From positions 133,587-197,586 of the forward strand of contig JAVZLM010000002.1 in the NCBI GenBank assembly GCA_038883775.1: DNA of 64,000 nt. The letters run 5' to 3'. Positions 39,341 through 48,539 of this stretch are shown here, one piece after another (the first letter of the stretch is position 1; each line of letters begins with the position of its first letter). Made by a program: the position numbers and the translations under genes. The notes beneath the pieces were generated by a model, which had not been told where the DNA came from, did not search any database, and was given only the letters and a program-made list of their open reading frames with translations. Source of the stretch: Candidatus Bathyarchaeia archaeon. GTDB taxonomy: Archaea; Thermoproteota; Bathyarchaeia; Bathyarchaeales; Bathycorpusculaceae.

Positions 39341-40246
39341 TTATTTGAATATTCTAAATAATGGATGATCCTTTATTAGTGGCCTTGTCCTAAACTCTTG
39401 GGATGCGGAGTAAGCAACATAAGCGTCAGCTAAGCCACAGTAAAAGTATGCGTATGGTGCGTTTTCAACAGGTCCATAAAGGATAAAGTTGGCTCCAGCA
39501 ATTATGGGAAAAACGTTGGCTACGCTGCTTGCAAGCAAATACTCTGTTGCATCAAGTTTGCGTCTACTATTCCACCTCTCAACCGCATTATGTGTTCCAG
39601 CTCCAGCTGGCAACCCATACTTTTCCTTAACTAAATAAATGGTTCTACTAACTGGTCCCGGGTCTGGCAAGTCAAGAACTGTGGTGTCTACTAATATGTT
39701 TTCTATGCCCGCTTTTTGGGCTGTGGCTAATAATTCATCAAGCACTTGTAATCTTCCAGAAATTGTTGGGTTTTTGGTGTTCAAAGTCAAGAGTATGGCA
39801 GACTTAATTTTAGCCTCCTTAATCGCTGAGATTTCTTCCTCTTTAACATGGGGCGTTATGGAATTGTAAACAACTCTGTCCGACAAGCCTACATTCTTCA
39901 CATATTTTGCTCCAGCAATTCTCACGTCGGCTGTGGCGCCATCAATCGCGAAGGGTCCATCAATATGATTTGCTGCAAAGTCTAAGAATTTTTCGAAGGC
40001 TTCGGGCCATGAACAGCAAACATCCACAATCCTCGGGTTTCCAGTTTTATCAGATATCTCCTCTTCTTTTTTCAGCACTTCTTCGGCTTTCTCTTTATCA
40101 AATTCGCCTTTTCGCTCGTCTTTCACAATCTTATGTTTATGATAGAATATGCTTCCAATCAACACTGTTGGAAGTTGCCCCGGCTGTCCTCCAACTTTCA
40201 CGTTTGCAATATCAAAAATTTTCTGTTCCTTCTCAAATTTGAACAT
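39341..40246 (-). CDS. MtrH-like (MtgA-type) methyl-corrinoid:tetrahydropterin methyltransferase
   Basis: MFKFEKEQKIFDI..VKVGGQPGQLPTVLIGSIFY, YNSI, GAGTHN, YGPVEN; no other mtr subunits nearby. Confidence 0.88.
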   Translation of the reverse strand: MFKFEKEQKIFDIANVKVGGQPGQLPTVLIGSIFYHKHKIVKDERKGEFDKEKAEEVLKKEEEISDKTGNPRIVDVCCSWPEAFEKFLDFAANHIDGPFAIDGATADVRIAGAKYVKNVGLSDRVVYNSITPHVKEEEISAIKEAKIKSAILLTLNTKNPTISGRLQVLDELLATAQKAGIENILVDTTVLDLPDPGPVSRTIYLVKEKYGLPAGAGTHNAVERWNSRRKLDATEYLLASSVANVFPIIAGANFILYGPVENAPYAYFYCGLADAYVAYSASQEFRTRPLIKDHPLFRIFK

Positions 40247-40248
40247 TT

Positions 40249-42141
40249 TTAAGCGCTCCTTAGGATGTCTCTTACTGATGGGAATTTATTTAAATTTTCA
40301 TGCGGGATTAAAGTAGCTTTTAAAAATTCTTTTTTGAAACTGGGATCTGCAGCCAACTCTAAATAACGCACCTTTTTTGATATCGCATCTGCTTTTTTCC
40401 TAGCCTCCTCCGAGATAAGGACCATTTTAGCGCCTACTATGGCGGTGTTGCCGACAAATTCCACGTCCTCTGTGGGGATGTCGGGTATTAAGCCGATAAT
40501 CTTTGCATTTTCTGGATTTATGTAATTTCCAAAGGCTCCAGCAATGAAGAGTTTGGCGATGTCCTTCTCTTTCAGTTTTTTCCTTTTCATTAATATTGAG
40601 CATCCAGTGTATATGGCTGCTTTGGCAAGTTGTATTTCACGAATGTCCCTTTGCGTTACTGTAATTTCCTTCTTTGTTTTAGTTTCGTTTCCCCAAGCAA
40701 TAACAAATTCCCATTCGCCATGGCTTTTTCTTAATCTCGGAGTCTTAATGTCCCGATTTATTTTTCCACTCTGATCTATTAGTTTATGCTTAAACATTTC
40801 CGCAACCACATCAACTATGGCTGACCCGCACAATCCAACAGGTTTTTCATGCCCTATTGTTTCATATTCAACCTCAAAACTTGAGTCCATTCGAGCTTTC
40901 TCGATAGCACCAGTTACAGCCTTCATTCCATGCTTAACATGAAATCCTTCAAAGGCTGGACCAGAAGCACACGAACACGAAAGCATATCTTCACCGTTGC
41001 CTATGAAAATTTCTGTGTTTGTCCCTATGTCAATTAGGAGAGAAATATCGCTTGAATCACATATTCCGGTGGCTAAAACATCCGCCACAGCATCGGCTCC
41101 AACAAATCCCGCTATAACTGGTAAGACGGTTATGAGTCCAGAAGGGTTTATGCCTATTTTTAATTTGTTAGCCTTAACATTCAATTGCTTTTTTATTGCT
41201 GGTGTGAAAGGCGAAAGCGCCATGTATTTTGGTTGAAGTCCTAGAAACAAGTGGTGCATTGCAGTGTTACCGACAACCACAACTTCGTATATTTTGTTCG
41301 GGTCTATTTTGTTTCTTTTACATGTTTCATTTATGATTCTGTTTATAGCCTCTACGACGAGCGTTTGAAGAGTTTTTAAATTTTTAGGGTCAGCCATTGC
41401 GAAAGTTATTCTTGTTATTATATCTTCACCATGAGCAAGTTGAGGATTTTCCAAAGATTCCAAATCTAAAGTTTTGCCACTTATCAAATCTACAAGATAG
41501 CCCACAATTTTTGAAGTGCCTATATCCACGGCAAAGCCGAACAGCTCCTTTGAAGTATTTCCGGATTCAACAGAAATTATTCTGCGCTTGTCCCAAAGGG
41601 TTATGGTTGCCTTAAAATTTGATTGTCGAAGAACGTCTGGAAGCTCTTTGAGAACATCATAATCGATTTCTACATGTCCAAATTTTTCAACCTTCAATAA
41701 CGCGTCAAAAAGCCTTTCATAATCTGGTCTTATGTCTGATAATGTGGGCTTTGGAAGCCTAACAAAAAATTTTTTCACTACGGGTTTTGGCTCTAGAAAT
41801 CTTTCTTTTCCAGTTATCTGAATTCTTCTAAATTCAAAACTACTCTCGGGCGGAATTACAATCACTGTGTCTTTTAACACTTTAGCTTGACATGCTAACC
41901 TGTAACCTTCATCAATTTCAAATATGGTTAAATGCTTCCTTTCTGATTCTGTCAGTGTGCTTAAGTCTCTTGGTTTTTTGACCAGGATTCTGCATTTTCC
42001 ACACAAGCCCTTTCCGCCGCACTCTGACCTAATTTCTATACCCGCATCTTTAGCCGCTTGAAAAACTGTGGTTTCTTTTGACGTTTGAACCCTTTTGGCT
42101 TGAGGTTCGAATAGAATTTTTACATTTTCGGGTAAACCCAT
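40249..42141 (-). CDS. ASKHA-type ATP-dependent corrinoid reductive activator (RACo/RamA-like, DUF4445) with N-terminal 2Fe-2S domain
   Basis: CGGKGLCGKC...RLACQ, DIGTSKI, GNTAMHHL, DIGTNTE, CASGPAFEG, QLAKAAI, AGAFG. Confidence 0.92.
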   Translation of the reverse strand: MGLPENVKILFEPQAKRVQTSKETTVFQAAKDAGIEIRSECGGKGLCGKCRILVKKPRDLSTLTESERKHLTIFEIDEGYRLACQAKVLKDTVIVIPPESSFEFRRIQITGKERFLEPKPVVKKFFVRLPKPTLSDIRPDYERLFDALLKVEKFGHVEIDYDVLKELPDVLRQSNFKATITLWDKRRIISVESGNTSKELFGFAVDIGTSKIVGYLVDLISGKTLDLESLENPQLAHGEDIITRITFAMADPKNLKTLQTLVVEAINRIINETCKRNKIDPNKIYEVVVVGNTAMHHLFLGLQPKYMALSPFTPAIKKQLNVKANKLKIGINPSGLITVLPVIAGFVGADAVADVLATGICDSSDISLLIDIGTNTEIFIGNGEDMLSCSCASGPAFEGFHVKHGMKAVTGAIEKARMDSSFEVEYETIGHEKPVGLCGSAIVDVVAEMFKHKLIDQSGKINRDIKTPRLRKSHGEWEFVIAWGNETKTKKEITVTQRDIREIQLAKAAIYTGCSILMKRKKLKEKDIAKLFIAGAFGNYINPENAKIIGLIPDIPTEDVEFVGNTAIVGAKMVLISEEARKKADAISKKVRYLELAADPSFKKEFLKATLIPHENLNKFPSVRDILRSA

Positions 42142-42183
42142 TTTATTGTTCTATCCTGAAATGGTGTTATGCCTATAGAAATT

Positions 42184-43626
42184 TTAGTGTTTTTTAACGA
42201 TGTCTTTCATGAGATTATCAAGGTTTTCTTGAACATCTTTTGGCAAGGGTTCTGGTTCATGCTCTTTCAGTTTTTTCTCAACGATTTCATGTGCTCGTTT
42301 CACAATATCTTTTTTCCCAGCGTCTCTCCAAACCTTCCATTCTTTACGATCGATAATTTCTGATGGTATAAACTGTTCTTTTCTAATCCATTCTAAAGTG
42401 TGCCTTTCTGCCAAGTATACTCCGCCTGGACCCACCTTTCTTATCAAGTCAAAGGCTAGAGTTTCATCTTCAACATTTACGCCTTTTGCAAGCCTTAATG
42501 CCATGCCGCAGATTTCATTGTCTATGACAAGTTTTTCTAAACTTTGGCAATTCTCAAAGTCTAACATTCCAGGTCCAGATATCACGTTTATTCCTGCCAA
42601 TGCTCCTAACACTATGCCGAGTCCAGACTCAAAACCACATTGTGCATCTATCACTTTTGCATCGCTAAGTCCAATATACATATGCGTTGGCAGTCGGTAG
42701 CTTTTTGCAATTTGAGTGTAAGAGCAACCCAGAAGCATAGCTTCTACAGCTCCAAGACATGCTGTGGCGTATCTCTGATCTAAAACTGTTGGCGAACCCC
42801 CATAAATCACAGGCGCGCCAGGATTTGTTAATTGAGCAATCACTAAACCGCTCAAAAATTCGGCATTATGTTGAACAAGGGAGCCAGCTATTGTTACAGG
42901 ACCAGTAGCACCCAATTGTGGCACTGGAATAATTTCGGCGGGTAAGCGGAATTTGGCGCAGTCAATTAGATTTTGAGCGTCGAGTTCGCTCCATTTTAGT
43001 GGAGCAGAAGGACAAATATCAAATATTGCCATTGGTTTTTTGGCTAATTCTTTCTCGCCGCCTACTACAATTTCAAGCATTCGTTTCATGTCATAAAGTC
43101 CATCAATGCTAAAGGCTCCTGTTATTATTGGTTTTGTGGAATTTTTCAGGACTATGTAAAGGCGGTAGCGGTCAACGATGGCTTGTGGAATATCTGAAAC
43201 AACCATAGCTGTGCTTTGGGCATGTATATGTTCGAGAGCGTCGACTAATCTGACAAGGTCGGCTAAATCCTTCGAAACTGGCTTTTTAATCTCGTTTTCC
43301 TCATAATCTAAAATGTATAGTGCAGAGGAGCCCGGATTGAATGTTACCTTGTTTCCCTCTAAAATTCTGTCATGTTTTCTGTTTCGACCGTAAAGCTTAA
43401 TGGTGGATGGTGCCTTAGATAATGCTTCTTTAACCAAATGTTGTGGGATAAAGGCAAGTTTCTTATTGGAATCCACCTCAACGCCGGCATCGCTGAGCAA
43501 TTTTAACGCAGTTTCACTGTATATTTTCACGCCAACCTCTTCTAAAAGTCTAAGAGAAGCAAGGTGGATGGATTCGATTTCATGCTTGGATAATGGCTTA
43601 AATTTTGGAAGAGATGATTTAGACAT
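42184..43626 (-). CDS. MttB-superfamily methyltransferase 2 (non-pyrrolysine)
   Basis: GATGPVTIAGSLVQHNAE, GAPVIYGG, GLSDAKVIDAQCGFE with Leu at the Pyl position. Confidence 0.9.
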   Translation of the reverse strand: MSKSSLPKFKPLSKHEIESIHLASLRLLEEVGVKIYSETALKLLSDAGVEVDSNKKLAFIPQHLVKEALSKAPSTIKLYGRNRKHDRILEGNKVTFNPGSSALYILDYEENEIKKPVSKDLADLVRLVDALEHIHAQSTAMVVSDIPQAIVDRYRLYIVLKNSTKPIITGAFSIDGLYDMKRMLEIVVGGEKELAKKPMAIFDICPSAPLKWSELDAQNLIDCAKFRLPAEIIPVPQLGATGPVTIAGSLVQHNAEFLSGLVIAQLTNPGAPVIYGGSPTVLDQRYATACLGAVEAMLLGCSYTQIAKSYRLPTHMYIGLSDAKVIDAQCGFESGLGIVLGALAGINVISGPGMLDFENCQSLEKLVIDNEICGMALRLAKGVNVEDETLAFDLIRKVGPGGVYLAERHTLEWIRKEQFIPSEIIDRKEWKVWRDAGKKDIVKRAHEIVEKKLKEHEPEPLPKDVQENLDNLMKDIVKKH

Positions 43627-43676
43627 AAATTTTCCCTTTTTGAAACTTGTAACAAACAAAGCATTTAATAAGCTTT

Positions 43677-45137
43677 TTAGTGCGCAATCAAATCTTTTTC
43701 CGCTTTTTTAATGATATTCCCAATTTCTTTTTGAACATCCTTCTCTAAAGGTTGGATTTGGTGCTTCTGAAGGATCACTTTAGCCTTTTCTCTAGCTATT
43801 TTCACCAAGTCTTTTGCGCCCTCTTTAAGCCAAGTTTCAAAAGAACGCCTATCAGTCAATTCAGGGATAAAATGTTCCCTTCGTAAGTTTTCAAGTGTAT
43901 GCCTCTCCGCTAGAAAATGGCCGCTTGGACCAACCTTGCGAATAATATCAAGCGCTAGTGTATTATCGTTAACTTCTATTCCTTGAGCAATTCGAAAAAC
44001 TATTTTCACAATTTCAGCGTCAATTAGAATTTCTTCAAAAGCAAGAGTTGTGCAGTCGTCAAGCAATCCTATTCCAGCAATCATACCGCAACCAGAGAAA
44101 ACTGGAGGAAATCCGCTTGCAAACTTTTCATAACATGCTTGAGCCCCAGGCGTTTTTGCCGTTGAAACAAAACCTCCAACAATAGAAGGCATACCATAAT
44201 ACCTTGCCAACTCAGCGGCAGCAGCACCAGTCAACCCATGTTCTGGACCTCCTCCAGCACGTTTTAAGGTTCGCATATCGAAAGCCGCAATACCAGCGCC
44301 ATAAATCACTGGTGCACCGGGACAAACAAGTTGAGTGATTACGAGACAGCCCAACACCTCAGCATTATTTACAACTAAAGAGCCAGCAAGCGTTACAGGC
44401 CCTGTGGCTCCTGGTTGAGGCATCCCAAAAAACATCACTGGAATGCCGGCTTTGGAAAATTCTAAGGCGGCTTCCATGCTGTTTCCATCCATCTGGAGGG
44501 GCGCACTTGTGCAGTGTAAGGAAGAGATTATGGGCTTTTTTCTGAGTTTCTTTTCGTCTCCAACGATTATAGAAGCCATTTCTATTTGGTATCTAGCCTC
44601 TTTAGGTAACATGGTTGTCTCGAAGGTTACGTGCTTTTCTGTGTTAGACAAAGAGGCTTCAAGTTCGTGAAGATGCTGAACATGGGCTGGATAATCATGT
44701 GCGCTTACCATGGGCCAATAAATGTCCACTGCGTCAATGGCATCTGAAATTATGGCTGATTTGGCTATATCCTCCTTTGTCGATGCCCTTCTTTTTCCTG
44801 TTTCCATGTCGAAGGTTTGGGTTCCAGTTCCGTCAGTCGTTATATAGACATGCTCTTGATCTAAAACTGCATCGTATTTTGGGTTTCTGGCGCAGAGGGT
44901 TATGGTATTCTGATTTTTTCTCAAAGCCTCTTTAACCAAATAAGGAGGGATAAAGGCTATTTGGTTTTTATAATCGACTTCGCAGCCTCCCTCTTCTAAT
45001 ATTTTGAGACATTTTTGGCTGGTGATTTTGAGTCCCGTTGCCTCTAAAACTTCAAGGGTGGCTTTGTGGATTTTTTCCAAATCTCCTTTGGAGAGTATGA
45101 AGAAGTTTATTCTCTGATTTTCTCTAGAGAAAACCAT
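43677..45137 (-). CDS. MttB-superfamily methyltransferase 3 (non-pyrrolysine)
   Basis: GATGPVTLAGSLVVNNAE, GGPE, FVSTAKTPGAQACYE with Val at the Pyl position, VGPSGHFL. Confidence 0.9.
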   Translation of the reverse strand: MVFSRENQRINFFILSKGDLEKIHKATLEVLEATGLKITSQKCLKILEEGGCEVDYKNQIAFIPPYLVKEALRKNQNTITLCARNPKYDAVLDQEHVYITTDGTGTQTFDMETGKRRASTKEDIAKSAIISDAIDAVDIYWPMVSAHDYPAHVQHLHELEASLSNTEKHVTFETTMLPKEARYQIEMASIIVGDEKKLRKKPIISSLHCTSAPLQMDGNSMEAALEFSKAGIPVMFFGMPQPGATGPVTLAGSLVVNNAEVLGCLVITQLVCPGAPVIYGAGIAAFDMRTLKRAGGGPEHGLTGAAAAELARYYGMPSIVGGFVSTAKTPGAQACYEKFASGFPPVFSGCGMIAGIGLLDDCTTLAFEEILIDAEIVKIVFRIAQGIEVNDNTLALDIIRKVGPSGHFLAERHTLENLRREHFIPELTDRRSFETWLKEGAKDLVKIAREKAKVILQKHQIQPLEKDVQKEIGNIIKKAEKDLIAH

Positions 45138-45177
45138 TTCAGACTTACTCCCTAACCTTAATAGGTAGCCTTTCAAA

Positions 45178-45828
45178 TTAGGAGGCTTTCACTAGTTTCT
45201 TTGCAATTTCAACAGCTTCCATAGCGTCTCCGCCGTGTCCGTCTGCCCCTATCTCTTCAGCCCATTTCTTGGATGTTGGCGCTCCACCAATCATTATTTT
45301 AACTTTTTCCCGTAATCCTTCCCGTTTTAGAGCTTCTACGACATCTGCCATCTTAGCCATTGTAGTAGTCATTAGTGCAGACATTCCAACTATTTCTGGT
45401 TTGACTTCCTTAACTTTCTCTACGAATTTTTGGGCTGGAACATCAACACCTATGTCTATTACTTCAAAACCCGCCACCATAAGAAGGGTACTCACAATGT
45501 TCTTTCCAATGTCATGAATGTCTCCTTCCACAGTGCCGATGAGAACTTTGCCCGATGTTTTCTTTTCTCTAGCGCCTTTAAGAATTGCTGGTTCAAGCAC
45601 TTTCAAAGCTTGTTTCATGGCTTCAGCTGCTATTACAAGCTCCGTTAAAAAGGCTTCTCCAGCGCCAAAACGCTCCCCGACAATTTTTACTCCCTTAGCC
45701 AAACCTTCTTCAATAGCTTCTATGGGATCAATACCTTTTTGGAGGGCTTCTTCAGCAGCTTTAACCGCTGCCTCGGGATCGTAAGTTAATACGGCGTTCA
45801 TTAACTTGTTTAAAACTTCTTCTTTCAT
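45178..45828 (-). CDS. Methyltransferase cognate corrinoid protein
   Basis: GDIHDIGKNIV, GMSALMTTT, MIGGAP. Confidence 0.93.
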   Translation of the reverse strand: MKEEVLNKLMNAVLTYDPEAAVKAAEEALQKGIDPIEAIEEGLAKGVKIVGERFGAGEAFLTELVIAAEAMKQALKVLEPAILKGAREKKTSGKVLIGTVEGDIHDIGKNIVSTLLMVAGFEVIDIGVDVPAQKFVEKVKEVKPEIVGMSALMTTTMAKMADVVEALKREGLREKVKIMIGGAPTSKKWAEEIGADGHGGDAMEAVEIAKKLVKAS

Positions 45829-45949
45829 GAATTCACCAGCATTTCCAAACAGTATGAATCGTATATAAATTTATTGAGGGCAAAGAAGCGCTGTTTTTCA
45901 TAAAAAAATAAATATAATAAGGTGTAGTAATTTTCTGAAGTGCTTGCTA

Positions 45950-46909
45950 ATGGTTAACAAAGTTAGACTGTTTCATGCAGTAGATGTGCATGGAAGCGAA
46001 ATGGTTTGGCGGAAGTGGCTCTCCATTCCCAAAGTGCATAAGGCAGACATCTTATTGTTATGTGGCGATTTAACGGGGAAGCTTATAATTCCAATAATTG
46101 AGGAAAGCCCTGGACGATATAAAACGATGGTTTATGGAAGGTGGATTAACGCCAGCGGCGAAGATGAGCTAAAAAAGTTAATGGACAAAATCACTTTCAG
46201 TGGATTTTACACTCATGTCTGCAACCAAGAAGAGTACGATGAACTAATGAAGAATCCTAAAAGAGTTGACGAATTATTCCGCAATTACATGAGGGAAAGG
46301 CTTCAAAGATGGCTTAGCATGGTAGACGAAAAACTGTCTAAGGAGGTCACTGTGGTAATGATGCCTGGAAACGACGATTCCTTTGAAATTGATGAACTAA
46401 TAAAAGCTCATGAGGACCGCGTCATATACCCATTAGAAAAAGTTGTGGACCTTTGTTTTGACTATAAAATGCTAAGTTTTGAATGGGTTAACCCCACGCC
46501 TTGGGACACACCACGCGAAGCTCCAGAAGACGAGTTGTGGAAAAAATTAGAAAAGATAAAAGATATGTTTTCAGGCGACTGGAGAAAGGTTATCCTAAAT
46601 TTTCACTGCCCACCATACGCTACGAAACTGGATTTGGCTCCAAAATTGGATAAGAATTTAAAGCCTGTTGTTTTCTTAGGAAGAATCATTTATGATAATG
46701 TGGGCAGCAAAGCCATAAAGCGATTTATTGAGGAAAATCAGCCTCTTTTAAGTTTGCACGGTCACATTCACGAATCCTACGCTTCTGATTATATAGGAAA
46801 AACCTTAGCCATAAACCCCGGATCAGAATACAGCGAAGGAGTGCTTAGAGGCTTTATTATTGACCTCACAAAAGATGGTGTGGAGAAGTGGTGGAAAGTG
46901 GAGGGATAA
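45950..46909 (+). CDS. Calcineurin-like (Icc-related) metallophosphoesterase
   Basis: DVHGS, GDLTG, PGNDD, HCPP, HGHIHES, NPGS. Confidence 0.88.
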   Translation: MVNKVRLFHAVDVHGSEMVWRKWLSIPKVHKADILLLCGDLTGKLIIPIIEESPGRYKTMVYGRWINASGEDELKKLMDKITFSGFYTHVCNQEEYDELMKNPKRVDELFRNYMRERLQRWLSMVDEKLSKEVTVVMMPGNDDSFEIDELIKAHEDRVIYPLEKVVDLCFDYKMLSFEWVNPTPWDTPREAPEDELWKKLEKIKDMFSGDWRKVILNFHCPPYATKLDLAPKLDKNLKPVVFLGRIIYDNVGSKAIKRFIEENQPLLSLHGHIHESYASDYIGKTLAINPGSEYSEGVLRGFIIDLTKDGVEKWWKVEG

Positions 46910-46912
46910 CGA

Positions 46913-47704
46913 ATGGAAGAAAAGGAAAAGAAGCAAGTATCATCTGAAGAAATTGTGAAAATTGCTTTAGACCTTATAGAAGAATCTAAGAAGGAGGGGC
47001 TCACGTTAAGGCTGATAGGCGGTCCAGCCGTTAGAATCCATTCTTCTCCTATGGCAATTGACCTTCACAAGAGACTTAAGAGGATTGAAGGGCAGGAATT
47101 TCCAGACATAGATTTTGTGGCTCCAGATAAAGAGAGGGCGAAAATTAGAAAATTCTTTGAGGTGAGGGGTTGGAAGTTTGATTCTTACATCTTTTTCTTC
47201 ACAAGCGGAGTGGGAACAAGAAATCGCCAAGTTTACAGGGGAAAGGTAGATTTGGACATTTTTTATGATGAGTTGGATCTATGCCATAAAATAGATTTTA
47301 GAAACAGATTCCACTTAGATTACCCAACGGCATCATTAGTTGACTTATTGTTAACCAAGTTGGAAATTGTTGAATTCACAGAGAAGGATGCCAAAGATGT
47401 CATAGTCATTATCAGAGACCACAAAATCGGAGACAGCGACGCACCAGAAACGATTAATGCTAAATACATGGCCAAACTGTTTGCCAATGACTGGGGATTC
47501 TGGTATACGGCTACAACCAACCTGAAAAAGGTTAGGGCTGCATGTCCCATGTATAAGCAACTTTCCCAAGAGGATATTGCCGATGTAACTTCAAAAATTG
47601 ATCAGATATTAAAGTATATAGACGATGAGCCTAAAACTAAGGATTGGTTGAAGAGAGCAGAGGTTGGAACAAAAAAGAAGTGGTATAAGGAAGTTAGGCT
47701 GTAA
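46913..47704 (+). CDS. Nucleotidyltransferase-fold hypothetical protein
   Basis: LIGGPAVRIH...PDIDF...DLDIF (GG/DxD/D), DLLLTKL...KDAKD. Confidence 0.7.
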   Translation: MEEKEKKQVSSEEIVKIALDLIEESKKEGLTLRLIGGPAVRIHSSPMAIDLHKRLKRIEGQEFPDIDFVAPDKERAKIRKFFEVRGWKFDSYIFFFTSGVGTRNRQVYRGKVDLDIFYDELDLCHKIDFRNRFHLDYPTASLVDLLLTKLEIVEFTEKDAKDVIVIIRDHKIGDSDAPETINAKYMAKLFANDWGFWYTATTNLKKVRAACPMYKQLSQEDIADVTSKIDQILKYIDDEPKTKDWLKRAEVGTKKKWYKEVRL

Positions 47705-47788
47705 ATTCTAACTTAAGTCTTATAATTGTATATCCATATATTATGTGCATTGGGAGTCTTAAACGGTAAAGTTTAGAGTTGGTAAACT

Positions 47789-48472
47789 GTGAAATGGACG
47801 AAGGAAGATTTGAAAAAGGCTGAGAAAGTATCGAATGAGTTGGTTTCTGTAATTAACTACTTTGATGGTTTAAGAAGCGTTTCAATACGTGATCCAAAGG
47901 AGTTGGTTATGAAAACTAAAACTATGGGTTTAGACTCGGCATATCTGAAATATTTTAGTAAAGAAACCCAGAAAGTTTTAAAGAAAATAGGACGGTCTGA
48001 TAAGGTTAGAAAAATGATAAGGGTGAATAAGGTTCTAAATTTTGTTACGCTAGTTTATTTCATGATTGTGGTTGCCTTAGCCATTTTATGGCAGAGAGGC
48101 GTAACACCTCCTTCAAATTTTGGGTGGTTGTTGTGGCTCCTGTCATGGCCAAGCATAATTTTGCTTTTCATTTTAGCAGACGTAACTTTGCTCATGCTAA
48201 GCTTAACTAAGTATGAGCTTAGAAAAATTGCTGAAGAAGGCGGCGTCAAAGAGGAAGAAGCTACAAAAGGAAGGTTGAAGGAGGCCGTTCAACATCACAT
48301 TAACAAGTTGAAGGCAAATGTTGAGAAGTATGGGTTAAAACCAGAAGATTACAAGATTAAGTTGCAAAGGACAGATTATGAGGGAATAAAGGTAATTAAG
48401 AAGCCGGGCATTTTGCGTGGATATTACCTTGCGATAGTAAATGCAAAAATTAAAGAAAAAATGGGTAGTTAA
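47789..48472 (+). CDS. Hypothetical membrane protein (2 TM)
   Basis: 227-aa ORF with two central hydrophobic helices. Confidence 0.65.
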   Translation: MKWTKEDLKKAEKVSNELVSVINYFDGLRSVSIRDPKELVMKTKTMGLDSAYLKYFSKETQKVLKKIGRSDKVRKMIRVNKVLNFVTLVYFMIVVALAILWQRGVTPPSNFGWLLWLLSWPSIILLFILADVTLLMLSLTKYELRKIAEEGGVKEEEATKGRLKEAVQHHINKLKANVEKYGLKPEDYKIKLQRTDYEGIKVIKKPGILRGYYLAIVNAKIKEKMGS

Positions 48473-48539
48473 CGTATATGCCATAGGCATAAGACTATTA
48501 AATTTGTGCATCTATATTTCTAACTGGGAGGAAGGAGAA

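Noticed and set aside
39341-40246. Membrane Mtr complex as evidence of methanogenesis
   Set aside because: Only an MtrH-like gene is present, inside a soluble methyltransferase operon; no mtrA-G or mcr in the window
32117-45137. Pyrrolysine-containing trimethylamine methyltransferases
   Set aside because: All three MttB ORFs are uninterrupted, with Leu or Val at the Pyl position, and no pyl genes are in the window
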